A stretch of 64,000 bases of DNA from Mycobacteriales bacterium (GCA_035690365.1 DASSKP010000034.1:9209-73208), one strand, 5' to 3'; shown: positions 52,055 through 61,427, counted from the stretch's first letter. Numbers and translations are program-made. The notes: generated from the letters alone by a model not told the origin.

Positions 52055-52675
52055 TCAGGGGCGGCGCCGAAGTAGTGCCCGCCACGCTTTGACGTGCGTT
52101 GTGTCGCGAAATTCGTTGATGTGGTAGATGGCTGGCTCGATCTCCTCGAGCAACCAGCCGTCGACGAAAGCTGTTCGGATCTCCTCCTGGGTGATACGCC
52201 TAGGACCCCATTCACCCTCGCCCGGCTGATGCTCGCTGAAGCAGATCAGATGGAGCAGCCCAGTGGGTGTCGTAAGGCGAGTGAGGTTCTCGACGTAAGC
52301 GCGCTGCTCTGCGCCGGCGAAGGAGTGGAACACGCCACTGTCGAGGACGGTGTCGAACGCACCGTCGTCGAAGGGGACCACTTCGAGCATGTTGACGACA
52401 GCGAAATCGACGGCAATGACACGAGCAGCCGCCTTGCGCCGAGCTACTTCGATGGCATTGCGTGAGATGTCGACACCGGTAACCACCGCGCCGTGCTCTG
52501 CCGCGAGGAGGCTGTGTTCACCGGTGCCACAACCGGAGTCGAGTAACCGGCCCGTGATGAGCTGCCGATTGATCAGTTCGATGACTTCCGGTTGTGGTTG
52601 CTCGATGACCCATGGCGCCGGATCTTCATCATCGGCGTAGGCGGCGTCCCACCGCTCCGAACTGTTGTCGGTCAT
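52055..52675 (-). CDS. class I SAM-dependent methyltransferase
   Basis: Motif I LLDSGCGTGEH, then VTGVDIS and FDTVLDSGVFH. Confidence 0.88.
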   Translation of the reverse strand: MTDNSSERWDAAYADDEDPAPWVIEQPQPEVIELINRQLITGRLLDSGCGTGEHSLLAAEHGAVVTGVDISRNAIEVARRKAAARVIAVDFAVVNMLEVVPFDDGAFDTVLDSGVFHSFAGAEQRAYVENLTRLTTPTGLLHLICFSEHQPGEGEWGPRRITQEEIRTAFVDGWLLEEIEPAIYHINEFRDTTHVKAWRALLRRRP

Positions 52676-52829
52676 CGACGGAGATTCGCAGAACTTGGGA
52701 CTTCGTTCAACGATGTCTGTGCATCGGCCGCCGAAGTCGCCTCCGCTATCTCACTCGGGATGCGGCCTGTCGAGCGCCTCGTAACGCCGGATACCGAGCG
52801 TTGGGGCTCATCGGGCACTCGCACTGGCC

Positions 52830-52868
52830 ATAGCAGATACGCTATGTAATAGATAGCAGATCTGCTAT
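52830..52868. promoter_or_regulatory. twin palindromic operators ATAGCAGATACGCTAT and ATAGCAGATCTGCTAT upstream of the XRE gene
   Basis: Site 2 (52853-52868) is a perfect 16-bp palindrome. Site 1 (52830-52845) matches it at 14/16. Site 2 overlaps a TATGCT -10 (52866-52871) that lies 6 nt before ATG 52878 with no SD. Confidence 0.6.
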
Positions 52869-52877
52869 GCTCTGTTC

Positions 52878-53192
52878 ATGATCGGTGGCGAGCTCGTGCG
52901 GGAGGGCCGCAAGCGGGCTGACCTCACCCAGAAGGAACTCGCTGATCGCGCCGGCACCACCCAGTCGGCGATCGCCCGGCTCGAGTCCGGACGCAGCACT
53001 CCGTCACTGGAGACGGTCGAGCGACTGCTCCGTCTCTGCGGGTTCCAGCTGCTCGTCGAGCTGGCGCCCTACGACGACTCCGACCTGCGCCAGGCCGTCG
53101 CTTCAGCCGACTTGACTCCGGCTGAACGAGCTGCGCGGCTCGGTCGGACCGTGCGACGGCTTCATGCGATGAGGGAGTCCATTGGCGCCTGA
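52878..53192 (+). CDS. XRE-family HTH protein (antitoxin-like)
   Basis: RKRADLTQKELADRAGTTQSAIARLESG is a canonical HTH_3 pattern. It overlaps the downstream gene by 11 nt. Confidence 0.85.
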   Translation: MIGGELVREGRKRADLTQKELADRAGTTQSAIARLESGRSTPSLETVERLLRLCGFQLLVELAPYDDSDLRQAVASADLTPAERAARLGRTVRRLHAMRESIGA

Positions 53193-53700
53193 CTTCAAGC
53201 CGGACCGCATCATGCAGACGTTGGCGAAGCATGGCGTCAACTGCATCTTCATCGGTGGAATGGCGGCCTTTCTCCAAGGCAGCCCCATCCCGACCGAGGA
53301 CGTCGACATCGTTCCGGAGGTCAACCGCGACAACCTCACTCGCCTGTCGAGGGCGCTCAAGGCCCTTGATGCGAAGGTTCGCGCCGACGGCACCGAGCCG
53401 TTGCCGTTCGGCCACGACGCCGACTCCCTCGCCGCCGGCAACATCTGGAACCTGACCACTAGGTACGGCGACCTCGACATCACCTTCACGCCGTCAGGAA
53501 CGCGGGGCTACGCCGACCTCAAACGGGACGCGATCGAGGTCTCGATCCACGGCACGACCGTGAAGCTCGCCGCGCTCGTCGACATCGTGCGCAGCAAGGA
53601 GGCGGCCGGACGCGACAAGGACCGTCGGGCGCTACCGATCCTGCGGGAGCTCGTCGATCGTCAGCTGCGCGAGCGCGCCGGCCGGCCGCGCCGCGGATGA
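53182..53700 (+). CDS. minimal nucleotidyltransferase-fold protein (toxin-like partner of the XRE gene)
   Basis: IGGMAAFLQGSPIPTEDVDIV fits the pol-beta NTase signature G[GS]-x(9-13)-DxD. The protein is 172 aa. Confidence 0.7.
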   Translation: MAPDFKPDRIMQTLAKHGVNCIFIGGMAAFLQGSPIPTEDVDIVPEVNRDNLTRLSRALKALDAKVRADGTEPLPFGHDADSLAAGNIWNLTTRYGDLDITFTPSGTRGYADLKRDAIEVSIHGTTVKLAALVDIVRSKEAAGRDKDRRALPILRELVDRQLRERAGRPRRG

Positions 53701-54650
53701 TCCGGGTACGCCGTCCCCGCGGTCAACGCGTCGTAGCTGACGCCCGTCAGCTCTTCGGAGACCGACCACAGCCGTGCAGCCACCTCCGCGTCCTTCGACT
53801 TCGACGTCGAGTCGACCGGCTTCGGTGCGCCCCGCGTCTCCATCAACCGCGACGGACCGAAGAACTGCCCGCCGGTGACCTCTGGTGCGGTGGCGGCAAA
53901 CAGCTGGGGCAGTGCTCCGTCGTCGGCGCTCTGCCCGAAGGCGAGGTTGCCGAGGTTCATCAGCAGGCCCATCACCTTGTTGCCCGACTGCTGCGGTCCG
54001 ACTGCCTGCAGGTTGGTGGAGGCGTACCCGGGATGCGCCGCAACGCTGATCGTCGTCGCGCCGGCCGTGTCGAGCCGCCGCTGAAGCTCGTAGGCGAACA
54101 GCAGATTGGCCAGCTTCGACTGCGCGTATGCGCCCCACGACCAGTAGCGCTTCTCGCCCAGCAGGTCGTCGAAGCTGATCGACCCGATCTTGTGGGCAGT
54201 GCTGCTCACCGTCACCACCCGCGAGCCGGTGCGTGCGAGCAACGACGGCAGCAGCAGCCCGGTCAACGCGAAGTGCCCGAGGTGGTTGGTGCCGAGCTGC
54301 ATCTCGAAGCCGTCCGCCGTCGTGGCCCGCGGGATCGCCATCACTCCGGCGTTGTTGACCAGCAGGTCGACGCCGTCGTACTCGCTTGTGATGCGCGCAG
54401 CAAAGGCGCGGATCGAGTCGAGCGATGCCAGGTCGAGAGCCTCGAGCCGGACGTCCGCCGACGGCACGGCGGCAAGCAGGCGCACCTTCGCGGCCTCGCC
54501 GCGCTCCGCGTCGCGACTCGTCATCACGACCGTGGCTCCGGCCCGGGCCAGCTCTCGGGCGGTCACGAAGCCCAGCCCGCTGTTGGTCCCCGTGACGATC
54601 GCGACCCGCCCGCTCTGGGACGGGATGTCTTGTGTGCTCCAGCCGGTCAT
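53661..54650 (-). CDS. SDR family oxidoreductase
   Basis: VAIVTGTNSGLG (TGxxxGxG), NNAG and YAQSKLAN (YxxxK). ATG 54650 gives the usual MTGWST...DIP N-terminus. Confidence 0.88.
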   Translation of the reverse strand: MTGWSTQDIPSQSGRVAIVTGTNSGLGFVTARELARAGATVVMTSRDAERGEAAKVRLLAAVPSADVRLEALDLASLDSIRAFAARITSEYDGVDLLVNNAGVMAIPRATTADGFEMQLGTNHLGHFALTGLLLPSLLARTGSRVVTVSSTAHKIGSISFDDLLGEKRYWSWGAYAQSKLANLLFAYELQRRLDTAGATTISVAAHPGYASTNLQAVGPQQSGNKVMGLLMNLGNLAFGQSADDGALPQLFAATAPEVTGGQFFGPSRLMETRGAPKPVDSTSKSKDAEVAARLWSVSEELTGVSYDALTAGTAYPDHPRRGRPARSRS

Positions 54651-54702
54651 GGGGTCAAGGTTCGCCTGCGGGTCCGACTTCTCCTTCGCCGGGGCAGCGG
54701 TC

Positions 54703-54732
54703 TTGACATGTGACCAACTGGTCACCTAACGT
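54703..54732 (+). promoter_or_regulatory. promoter TTGACA-N18-TAACGT with the perfect palindrome GTGACCA-AC-TGGTCAC in the spacer
   Basis: The -35 is 54703-54708, the palindrome is 54710-54725 and the -10 is 54727-54732. GTG 54740 lies 7 nt downstream with no SD, suggesting a leaderless transcript and an operator overlapping the promoter. Confidence 0.55.
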
Positions 54733-54739
54733 TCCTCGC

Positions 54740-55492
54740 GTGGACGAGGTGTTCCGGGCGCTGGCGGACCCGACCCGCCGCGCGCTGCTCGACGAGCTGC
54801 ACCGCAGCGACGGGCAGACGCTGGGTGCGCTCGAGCAGCGGTTCGCCATGACGCGCTTCGGCGTGATGAAGCACCTGCGCGTCCTGGAGGAGGCCGGTCT
54901 CGTCGTCACCCGCCGGCGCGGCAGGGAGAAGCTGCACTTCCTCAACCCCGTCCCCATCCGGCTCGTTCACGACCGTTGGGTGAGCAAGTACGCCGAGCCC
55001 TGGGTCGCCGGGCTGAGCGAGATCAAGTCGAGGCTGGAGGGCCAGATGGAGAAGGTCTACGAGATCTACATCCGCACCACACCCGATCAATTGTGGGAGG
55101 CGATCACCGATCCCGAGATCCGAGCGAAGTACAACTTCGGCATGGCGCCGCACTCGTCGTGGCAGGTCGGCGCACCGATCGAGATGACTGCGGACAAGGC
55201 GCCGGGTCCGCTCGGCGAAGGCCGCGTCCTCGAGGTCGATCCGCCGCGCCGGCTCGTGCACACGATGACCGCGTTGTGGGGCGACGACGTCAAGGCCGAG
55301 GGCGAGTCTCGTGTGACCTGGGAGATCTCCGAGGTCGGCGACAGCTGCCGCCTCGTCGTCACCCACGATCAGCTACGCGACGGCGCCAACGAGCAGCTCT
55401 ACGGCGGCTGGCCGATGATCCTGTCCGGCTTGAAGACCTGGCTGGAGACCGGTGAGCTGCTGACGACTCCCGGTTCGCTGATGTACGCCTAG
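54740..55492 (+). CDS. ArsR-family HTH fused to an SRPBCC (AHSA1-like) domain
   Basis: The N-terminus reads VFRALADPTRRALLDEL...MTRFGVMKHLRVLEEAGLVV. The C-terminus reads IYIRTTPDQLWEAITDPEIRAKY...GGWPMILSGLKTWLE. The start could be GTG 54740 or GTG 54710. Confidence 0.85.
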   Translation: MDEVFRALADPTRRALLDELHRSDGQTLGALEQRFAMTRFGVMKHLRVLEEAGLVVTRRRGREKLHFLNPVPIRLVHDRWVSKYAEPWVAGLSEIKSRLEGQMEKVYEIYIRTTPDQLWEAITDPEIRAKYNFGMAPHSSWQVGAPIEMTADKAPGPLGEGRVLEVDPPRRLVHTMTALWGDDVKAEGESRVTWEISEVGDSCRLVVTHDQLRDGANEQLYGGWPMILSGLKTWLETGELLTTPGSLMYA

Positions 55493-57621
55493 ATCGCGGG
55501 CGCAGCCAACGCGTTGGTCAGCAACGTGACGAGCGCTTCCAGCTGTACGTCGACCGACGACGCGATCTCCTCGTCTGAGCCGTCGAGCGCGCGAGCGGCA
55601 AGGCCCGCCTTGCTGTCGATGAGCTCGGCGACTCGGGCGTCGATGGTCTGGGCGGCGATGATCCGCCACGCGGTCACCGGCTGGTCCTGACCGATCCGGT
55701 GCACGCGGTCGATCGCCTGCGTCTGCTCGGCGTCGGTCCACGACAGCTCGGCGAGCACCACGTTGGACGAGACCTGCAGGTTGATGCCCACACCGGCGGC
55801 GAGCAGCGAGCAGACGATGATCGCGACGTCGTCGTCCTTCACGAACTCGTCGATGTTCTTCTGCCGGACTCGTGTCGTCTGGTCACCACGAATCGAGGAG
55901 TAGCGGATGCCGCGCTGCGCAAAGGTCTGCTCCGCTGCGTCCATCACGTCGACGTGCTTGGCGAAGAACACGACCTTGCCGACGTTGCGTGACAGCTGCG
56001 CGGCGTAGTCGGCGGCGAGGACTGCCTTCGCCTGACCGATCCGGCGCATCAGGGTGAACACGTTCTCGTCGCTGTCGTTGTCCTTGGCGTCCTGGCGTTC
56101 CCAGCCGGCGACCTTGCGCACGAGCTCGTGGTCGATGCCCTTCGGCTGTGGTCCGCCTGCCTCGACGCGAGCCGCAACGGCACTCTCGTAGCGCTTGACC
56201 AGGCGGCGGGTCAGCGCGCGCTCCGCGTCGCGGATCGAACGGCCCATCGCGCCTTCGAGCTCGACCGGCAGATCGGCGATACGGCGCGCGGGGATGTCGG
56301 CAGCGACCTCGACCTTGCGCCGGCGCACGATGCCGAGGTTGATGACGGCCTGCCGCGCCGCGGGGTAGAAGTCGGGGTCCTCCGGCGTCATCCGGTTGTC
56401 CTCGAGCGCTTCCATCAGCTCGCCGCGCGGCTCGTTCTCGTTGATCCAGCCGAGGAACTCCCAGATGGCGAGGAAGTCTTCGATGTCGTTGATGAGCGGC
56501 GTTCCCGTCAACGCCATCAGCAGCGGCCGGACCGTGCGCAGGCGGATCCGGTCGGCCAGCTCGAGCACGTGGCGCGACCGAAGCGAGGACTTGTTCTTGA
56601 TGAAGTGCGCCTCGTCGACGACCATGCCGCGGAAGCCGTGCGTCGCGAGCCAACCGACGTGGCGGTCGAGGATGTCGTAGTTGACGACGACGATGTCCGA
56701 GAACGCGTCAACCGTCTCGCCGTCACTGTGCACGACGGTCGCCGGATGCTTCGGCGTCCAGAGCGCAGCCTCGCGCGCCCAGCTCGTCTTCACGACGTTG
56801 GGCACGACGGCGAGCAGCGGGTAGGCGTTGGCCGCCTTCGCCGCCAGCAGCGCCTGCGCGGTCTTGCCGAGACCCGGCTCGTCGGCCAGCAGGAACGTCC
56901 GGTGCCCTTCGGCCGCGGCCTTGATCACCTGCGTCTGGTGGGGCATGAGCTCCCACCCGGGAGGGCCGTACATCGGCGTCGGCTCCGGCAGCGTCATGCA
57001 CGACGTGGCGCCGCCGGACGCCGTCTCGAAGGCCCGCAGCAGCGGTCCGAGCAGCTCCCAGCCAGCGAGCATCCGCGGCCGGCCCCGCGCCGGGACCGGC
57101 GCGGAGTAGTCGGGGGCGAGGAACGGGTTGGCAAGCTGGCGAGCCACGACGGACTGCGGCACGACACGTCGCTCCGCGACCGGCTGCGTCGTGGCGGCAG
57201 GGGCGGCCGGCTTCTCGGCTGCGGGCATGCCGCCCGCCTCGCGCAGCTCGTCCATCACCAGCCGGCTGCCGCTGACGAGCGGAGCGTCGTCGGTAAGTAG
57301 CGCAAGCAACGAGCTGTTGCGTGCCGCCGTGCGAGCGAGCACCGTCGCGATGCCCTCGATCCGCTTCATCTGCACGTTGCGCGCGGCGTCGCTCATCTGC
57401 TCGGTCTTGGCCTGCTCGCGCAGCTCGCGGACCAGGAGCGCGACGGCCTGGAACGTCGCCTGCGTCGTCGTCGTCACCCGTCCGCGCTGCACCGCGACCT
57501 CGACACCGTGCACGGCCTTGGCGAGGACCGGGATCGGGCCCTGCTCCTGTCGAGCGGGTCGTTGGCGCTGCCGGGACGCGGACCGTCCGTCGTTGACGGG
57601 GCGTCGGCCCTGAGTCGCCAC
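55489..57621 (-). CDS. SNF2-family DEAD/DEAH-box helicase
   Basis: AAGGGAG RBS before GTG 57621. Motif I LADEPGLGKT and motif II VVDEAHFIKN. The C-terminal helicase motifs are VCSLLAAGVGINLQ and QAIDRVHRIGQ. Confidence 0.9.
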   Translation of the reverse strand: MATQGRRPVNDGRSASRQRQRPARQEQGPIPVLAKAVHGVEVAVQRGRVTTTTQATFQAVALLVRELREQAKTEQMSDAARNVQMKRIEGIATVLARTAARNSSLLALLTDDAPLVSGSRLVMDELREAGGMPAAEKPAAPAATTQPVAERRVVPQSVVARQLANPFLAPDYSAPVPARGRPRMLAGWELLGPLLRAFETASGGATSCMTLPEPTPMYGPPGWELMPHQTQVIKAAAEGHRTFLLADEPGLGKTAQALLAAKAANAYPLLAVVPNVVKTSWAREAALWTPKHPATVVHSDGETVDAFSDIVVVNYDILDRHVGWLATHGFRGMVVDEAHFIKNKSSLRSRHVLELADRIRLRTVRPLLMALTGTPLINDIEDFLAIWEFLGWINENEPRGELMEALEDNRMTPEDPDFYPAARQAVINLGIVRRRKVEVAADIPARRIADLPVELEGAMGRSIRDAERALTRRLVKRYESAVAARVEAGGPQPKGIDHELVRKVAGWERQDAKDNDSDENVFTLMRRIGQAKAVLAADYAAQLSRNVGKVVFFAKHVDVMDAAEQTFAQRGIRYSSIRGDQTTRVRQKNIDEFVKDDDVAIIVCSLLAAGVGINLQVSSNVVLAELSWTDAEQTQAIDRVHRIGQDQPVTAWRIIAAQTIDARVAELIDSKAGLAARALDGSDEEIASSVDVQLEALVTLLTNALAAPAI

Positions 57622-57833
57622 GTAGCTCCCTTTGCAGGCGTTCGGTCGGGCGCACCAGAAGCGCGCCCCGCGTGCGGCTGGTCCGTCGCCATGCGACAAG
57701 CCGGCGGTTGGGGGCCCTGTCCGGACCCCGGCGCGCTGGCTGCTTAGCGCAGCCGCAAGACGCGGCCGCCCAACCTGACCCGTGCATGCAACGGGCTGTC
57801 CCCACGGTACCGCGTCAGGCGGGTCGCGGACAG

Positions 57834-59627
57834 TCAGCCGCCCAGCGCGCCGGTCACGAGCCGGGCATAGGCGTCGGCGCCGGCCGGCCGGACGTGGATG
57901 CCGTCGCTCCAGAACCAGCCTCTGTGATGGTCGGCGAGCGAGTCCCAGTCGACGACGGTCACTCCCGGCCGTCCCTTGGCGGCGGCGCGAAGCGTCCTGT
58001 TGTTGACGCCGTGCCAGGGCTGCGGCATGTGGTCGGTTACCAGCACGATGCGGTGCCCGCGCAGGGCGCCGATCAGCTGACCCAGCCGGTGCGGGTCGAT
58101 CGGCCCGTTGGTGCCGAGATGCAGCACCAGGTCGGGTGCGACGGCCCGGTGCTTGGTCAGCGTGGCGAGCAGGTCCATCTCATCGCTCGGCTGGAAGCCC
58201 TCGCGGACATGCCAGTCGGCTGCGCGCGTCCGCCCGGCGAGGTCGTGGCGGAGCGCCGCCTCGGCGCCGAGCATCACCGAGTCGCCGATGAGCGTCACCG
58301 ACGGCCGCGGCGGCCGGTGCGCGTGCCGGGGAGTCTGCGGTGGCGTGACGATCGGCGTTGACGCGTTCGTCGAGCCGAGCGGGTTGCTGGGCTCGGCAGC
58401 GACCGCCGTCAGCGTCGTCGCGGCCGGTGACGGCAGCGTCACGACCGCGGCCGCGAGGCAGGGCACGGCAAGAGCCGCCAGCGCCATCGCCCGTTCCGGG
58501 ATGCCGCCGAACGACGCCCGCAGCACCGCGACCAGGCCGCGGGTGCGGATGGGCGACTCGACCCAGCGATACGACGCCTCAGCGAGCAGCAGCGTCGCGG
58601 GCAGCCGCACGGCGAGCGCTCCGAGCGAGCCGGTCGGTAGGTCGAGGTGCGGCCGCGTGAACACGAACACCGGCCAGTGCCAGAGGTAGACGCCGTACGA
58701 GCGTTCGCCGAGCCAGCGCATCGGCGGGCAGGCGAGCACTCGCGCGGCCACTCCGTGGCAGTGGGCGGTCGCGAGCACGGCGACGAGTGCGGTGAGCGAG
58801 AAGAGCGCGAAGCCGTAGCGGTAGAGCGACGGGGAGAACTCCTGCATCCGCCAGGTCAGGACGATGACCGCCGCGGTGGCAGCCAAGGCGATCGCGTCCG
58901 CGCGCACGATCCGGGGCACCCGCGGCCCCGGGCGCAGCCGCAGGCTCAGGACCTTGATCCGGGCGACGGCACCGGCGGCGCCGAGCAGCAGCCCCATCGC
59001 GTGGGTGTCGGTGCCGAAGTAGAGGCGTGAGCCGCTCGCCCGGTAGGGAACGTCGCCGACGGCGGCGAGATGCGCCATCCAGAGCGAGGACGCGATCGCC
59101 CCGAGCAGCGCGACCGCGCCGATGACCATCAGCCGCTTGTGCCGGACGAACCGCCACAGCAGCCAGAGCGTCACCGGCCAGACGAGGTAGAACTGCTCCT
59201 CGACGCCGAGCGACCACAGGTGCTGGAACGGCGACGGGCGGCCGACGGCGGCGAAGTAGTCCTGGTGCCGGAAGACGTACCACCAGTTGCCGGCGAAGCC
59301 GAGGACAGCGGGGACGTCGGCGCGATCGTTGCGCAGATCGACGCGCCACCAGATGCACATCGCGACGAGCGTCACGCCGATCACGGCAGCGAGCGCAGGC
59401 AGCAACCGGCGGGCGCGGCGCAGGTAGAAGTGGCCGAAGCGCAGTCCGCCGGCAGATGTCCGACGCAGCTCACCCAGGAGGAGCGTCGTGATCAGGAAGC
59501 CGGAGAGGACGAAGAAGAGGTCGACGCCGAGAAATCCGGCCGGCAGCCAGTCGGGGTCAGCGTGGTAGACGAGCACGGCCGCCACCGCGACGGCGCGTAG
59601 CCCGTCGAGCGCCGGCACTCTTCGCAC
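57834..59627 (-). CDS. acyltransferase-3 family membrane protein with a C-terminal SGNH-hydrolase domain (OafA/OatA-like)
   Basis: LDGLRAVAVAAVLVYH at the N-terminus, about 10 TM segments, and C-terminal VTLIGDSVM...GTNG SGNH-like blocks. Confidence 0.88.
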   Translation of the reverse strand: MRRVPALDGLRAVAVAAVLVYHADPDWLPAGFLGVDLFFVLSGFLITTLLLGELRRTSAGGLRFGHFYLRRARRLLPALAAVIGVTLVAMCIWWRVDLRNDRADVPAVLGFAGNWWYVFRHQDYFAAVGRPSPFQHLWSLGVEEQFYLVWPVTLWLLWRFVRHKRLMVIGAVALLGAIASSLWMAHLAAVGDVPYRASGSRLYFGTDTHAMGLLLGAAGAVARIKVLSLRLRPGPRVPRIVRADAIALAATAAVIVLTWRMQEFSPSLYRYGFALFSLTALVAVLATAHCHGVAARVLACPPMRWLGERSYGVYLWHWPVFVFTRPHLDLPTGSLGALAVRLPATLLLAEASYRWVESPIRTRGLVAVLRASFGGIPERAMALAALAVPCLAAAVVTLPSPAATTLTAVAAEPSNPLGSTNASTPIVTPPQTPRHAHRPPRPSVTLIGDSVMLGAEAALRHDLAGRTRAADWHVREGFQPSDEMDLLATLTKHRAVAPDLVLHLGTNGPIDPHRLGQLIGALRGHRIVLVTDHMPQPWHGVNNRTLRAAAKGRPGVTVVDWDSLADHHRGWFWSDGIHVRPAGADAYARLVTGALGG

Positions 59628-59701
59628 GGCGAGAACGGTAGTGGCGGAAGTGGCAGTCGTGACAGAACTTCCACGTGTCGATCATCACGATCTGCGTAGA
59701 T

Positions 59702-60013
59702 TCACCCGCCGGCCATCGCCCCCACGACCAGCAGCGGCTCGCGACCGGTGACGACGTCGTCCGGCAGAGGGGCGTCGGCGGGCTCGTGCGAGAGGTCCTG
59801 CTCGCAGGCGAAGAACCGCACGAAAGCCCGTCTCTTGCGGGTGCCCCGGTCGCGGATCGTGCCGCCGAGCACGGGGTAGGCGGCCTCGAGCGCGTCGAGC
59901 ACAGCGTCGAGTGACACCGCCCCGGCGGCATCGTCGACGTCGAGCGACACTTCGTGCTCGACCTGCGCCAGCCGCTTGAGATGCCCCGGCAGCACAACCC
60001 TGACCGTCGTCAC
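59702..60013 (-). CDS. MoaD/ThiS-like ubiquitin-fold protein ending in Gly-Gly
   Basis: GGAGG lies 7 nt before GTG 60013. The protein is 103 aa with a beta-grasp-like pattern, and the C-terminus ...[10 protein letters not shown] is followed directly by the stop. Confidence 0.7.
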   Translation of the reverse strand: MTTVRVVLPGHLKRLAQVEHEVSLDVDDAAGAVSLDAVLDALEAAYPVLGGTIRDRGTRKRRAFVRFFACEQDLSHEPADAPLPDDVVTGREPLLVVGAMAGG

Positions 60014-60086
60014 GCGCTTGCCTCCGGCCGGGCCACCCATCCCATTGTGCCCAGAGCACGTTCTAGCGTGCGCTCGCCACAATTGG

Positions 60087-61202
60087 TCACGGCAGCGTCT
60101 GGACCTCGACGGACAGCACGGCCGGGAGGTTCTCGACGATCGCCGACCAGGTGTCGCCACCGTCCGGCGAGCAGTAGACCGCGCCGCCGGTCGTGCCAAA
60201 GTAGACGCCGCACTCGTCGAGCGAGTCGATCGACATCGAGTCGCGCAGCACGTCGACGTAACAGTTGGCCTGCGGCAGCCCCTTGGTCAGCGGCTCCCAC
60301 TCGTTGCCGCCCGTCCGGCTGCGGAACACCTGCAGCTTGCCGTCGATCGGGTAATGCTCCATGTCGCTCTTGATCGGCACGACGTAGACGGTCTCGGGCT
60401 CGTGCGCGTGCACGTCGATGACGAAGCCGAAGTCGGTCGGCAGGTTGCCGCTGACCTCGTGCCACTGCTCACCGGCGTCGTCGCTGCGCATGACGTCCCA
60501 GTGCTTCTGCATGAACAACGTGCCGGGGCGCTGTGGGTGCATCGCGATGTGGTGCACGCAGTGACCGACCTCCGCGTCCTGGTCGGGGATCTGCCCGGAC
60601 CGCAGGCCCTTGTTGATCGGCTTCCACGACTTGCCGCCGTCGTCGGTGCGGAAGGCGCCGGCCGCGGAGATGGCGATGAACATCCGTTCCGGGTCGCTCG
60701 GGTCGAGGATGATCGTGTGCAGGCACATGCCGCCTGCGCCCGGCTGCCAGTGCGGGCCCGAGCCGTGCTCTCGCAAGCCCGGCAGCTCCTGCCACGACGT
60801 GCCGCCGTCGACGCTGCGGAACAACGCAGCGTCCTCGACGCCGGCATAGACCGTGTCGGGATCGGTCAGTGACGGCTCCAGATGCCAGACCCTCGCGAAC
60901 TCCCAGGGGTGCGGTGTGCCGTCGTACCACTGATGGGTGCCGGGCACGGTCGCGTAGCTGAAGTCGTTGCCGACCGGCTGCCAGCTCTTGCCGCCGTCGT
61001 CGGACCGCTGCATCACCTGGCCGTGCCAGCCGGTCGACTGCGACGCATAGATGCGGTTGGGGTCGGCGGGGGAGCCCTTCAGGTGGTACATCTCCCAGCC
61101 GCCCCAGAGCGGTCCCTCGACCGTCCAGTCCTGCCGCTTGCCGTCGGCTGTGAGGATGAACGCTCCCTTGCGCGTCCCCACGAGCACCCGTACGCCACTC
61201 AT
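60087..61202 (-). CDS. BNR/Asp-box repeat beta-propeller protein (sialidase-fold, no signal peptide)
   Basis: Four SxDxGxTW boxes: [24 protein letters not shown] and SPDGGDTW. Confidence 0.85.
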   Translation of the reverse strand: MSGVRVLVGTRKGAFILTADGKRQDWTVEGPLWGGWEMYHLKGSPADPNRIYASQSTGWHGQVMQRSDDGGKSWQPVGNDFSYATVPGTHQWYDGTPHPWEFARVWHLEPSLTDPDTVYAGVEDAALFRSVDGGTSWQELPGLREHGSGPHWQPGAGGMCLHTIILDPSDPERMFIAISAAGAFRTDDGGKSWKPINKGLRSGQIPDQDAEVGHCVHHIAMHPQRPGTLFMQKHWDVMRSDDAGEQWHEVSGNLPTDFGFVIDVHAHEPETVYVVPIKSDMEHYPIDGKLQVFRSRTGGNEWEPLTKGLPQANCYVDVLRDSMSIDSLDECGVYFGTTGGAVYCSPDGGDTWSAIVENLPAVLSVEVQTLP

Positions 61203-61427
61203 CCGCAGCCCCTCTCGCCGTCACCCGGTCACAACGTACGACGTCCCGGCGACGAGAAACTCATCTCAGGAGGGGAAGGGAGCGCTCAGACCGCTTCCGG
61301 AGTCCCAGGAGACGAACGGTTGGGCGGCGCTGCACTTCAGGGCTGGTTGCATCCGCATGCCGTGACGGGGCCGGGTCGCGCGGTGGAGACGTGCGCGCCC
61401 GGTCGTCGCCGGCTCGTCGCACATGGA

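Noticed and set aside
57622-57833. 212-bp GC-rich intergenic region with several short hairpins, considered as a possible sRNA.
   Set aside because: It contains only short 5-6 bp stems, consistent with a terminator for the acyltransferase gene and a promoter for the helicase gene. Nothing resembles a known RNA family by eye, so I make no call.
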